Notes under the pieces: model-generated
Database searches by the model: none
Seen by the model: the letters and a program-made list of their open reading frames with translations, nothing else
Told to the model about the DNA's origin: nothing
Assembly: GCA_030704615.1 (NCBI GenBank)
Contig: CM060732.1
Span: forward strand, 27,590,001 to 27,654,000
Direction: 5' to 3'
Origin: Takakia lepidozioides
Lineage: Eukaryota; Plantae; Bryophyta
Length of the DNA stretch: 64,000 bases
Shown: piece by piece, positions 63,201 to 64,000 of the stretch
How positions within the stretch are numbered: position 1 is the stretch's first letter
How the letters are laid out: each line of letters begins with the position of its first letter
Made by a program: the position numbers and the translations under genes

Positions 63201-63843
63201 AAGGAAACCACAGGTCCTTGAGGAGGGGGGAAAATTCACCCGCCTTCATTTATGGGCCATAAGACGTACAGGACGATCAACGCCCAGACATACTGTCACG
63301 AACAATCCCACACACGGGATAAGGCAGCGGGTTTGAACCCCAAACCACCAAGGCGACACACTGTGCACTTACCAGCCGATGTGTTTTTTTTTTTTAAAAA
63401 TTGCATTTTGTTTTTAAAAAAATTTGATTCTAGTGGTCAGAGTCTCCGTTTTTTCAAAATATAAATACTCATATATTATATATATAACCAGAAAAGCATG
63501 TGTTGACATGTGCAGTCATGTAGTGATTCATCCATGTGATGATCTGGCAGAATGCATTAGAGTGAGAGTCATGAAGTCATATGTCTTTCTAGCAATATAC
63601 ACACGTCATTCTAGTGTAGCCATGACCGTGACTGGTAGTCATATCTGCCATGCCAATATTCGTGGTCAAACATGTTTGACCTGTGTTCCGCAGAGTCCGG
63701 AGCCATGCAGTCGCATATACGCCTTCCCCAGACCTGCATTATGACTTCAAAAGCATTTTACGACTGCAAATGGCATTTCTGCCACAAATCTGTCATGACT
63801 GCGCACCCATGCGAGTCGTAAAAGCCGCAATCTGTTGTAGTGT
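60223..63843 (-). repeat. Right arm of the inverted duplication (includes PPR pseudogene fragments ~60550-61550)
   Basis: Reverse complement of 22119-25504 with substitutions and an additional internal duplication near 62630-62880. Confidence 0.9.
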
Positions 63844-64000
63844 GTTCTTCTTTTTGTCAGGCTTGAGCATGATCACCAATGCGCATTCCTTCAGCTCAGT
63901 GAGTGCTTTCCCTCTTGATTTCCTGGTTGCATAAGCTTTCTGCTGTGCCCTTTGTGCTACATCAACATTCTCTCTCAATGTGCCCTCTAGCTCCTGTATG

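Overview
Eukaryotic, transposon-dense window, most likely from a non-seed land plant (bryophyte, lycophyte or fern type, inferred from the PLS-DYW PPR gene and the TE types). A 500-N scaffold gap lies at 30553-31052. The only clear host gene is an intronless PLS-class PPR-E-DYW RNA-editing factor (2098-5628, minus strand). Notable mobile content: (1) An 11.8-kb Ty3/Gypsy element (8530-20345, TSD TCAA). Its pol encodes a complete C5-cytosine DNA methyltransferase between protease and RT, and a PHD finger after integrase. It has a Tf1-like self-complementary primer site and permuted terminal repeats (B-internal-PPT-A-B-A) that end at an internal GACA-GC-TGTC palindrome. (2) A region of about 32 kb (25505-57935) bounded by GGGGG-starting inverted termini. 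It holds a Mutator-like transposase, two spliced paralogues of a beta-class amino (N4C/N6A) DNA-methyltransferase-like gene with an unusual DIPD motif, three paralogues of an unrecognised ~190-aa 'RWNCCxWT' protein, and GGCGCC-centred palindromic arrays. This may be an undescribed cargo-carrying giant MULE, but the gap prevents proof that both halves are one element. (3) A second Gypsy family with extra ORFs (full copy 41871-55049, plus nested fragments). (4) A ~3.5-kb inverted duplication of PPR-derived sequence (22119-25504 vs 60223-63843). All assignments come from visual motif reading; no database searches were run.
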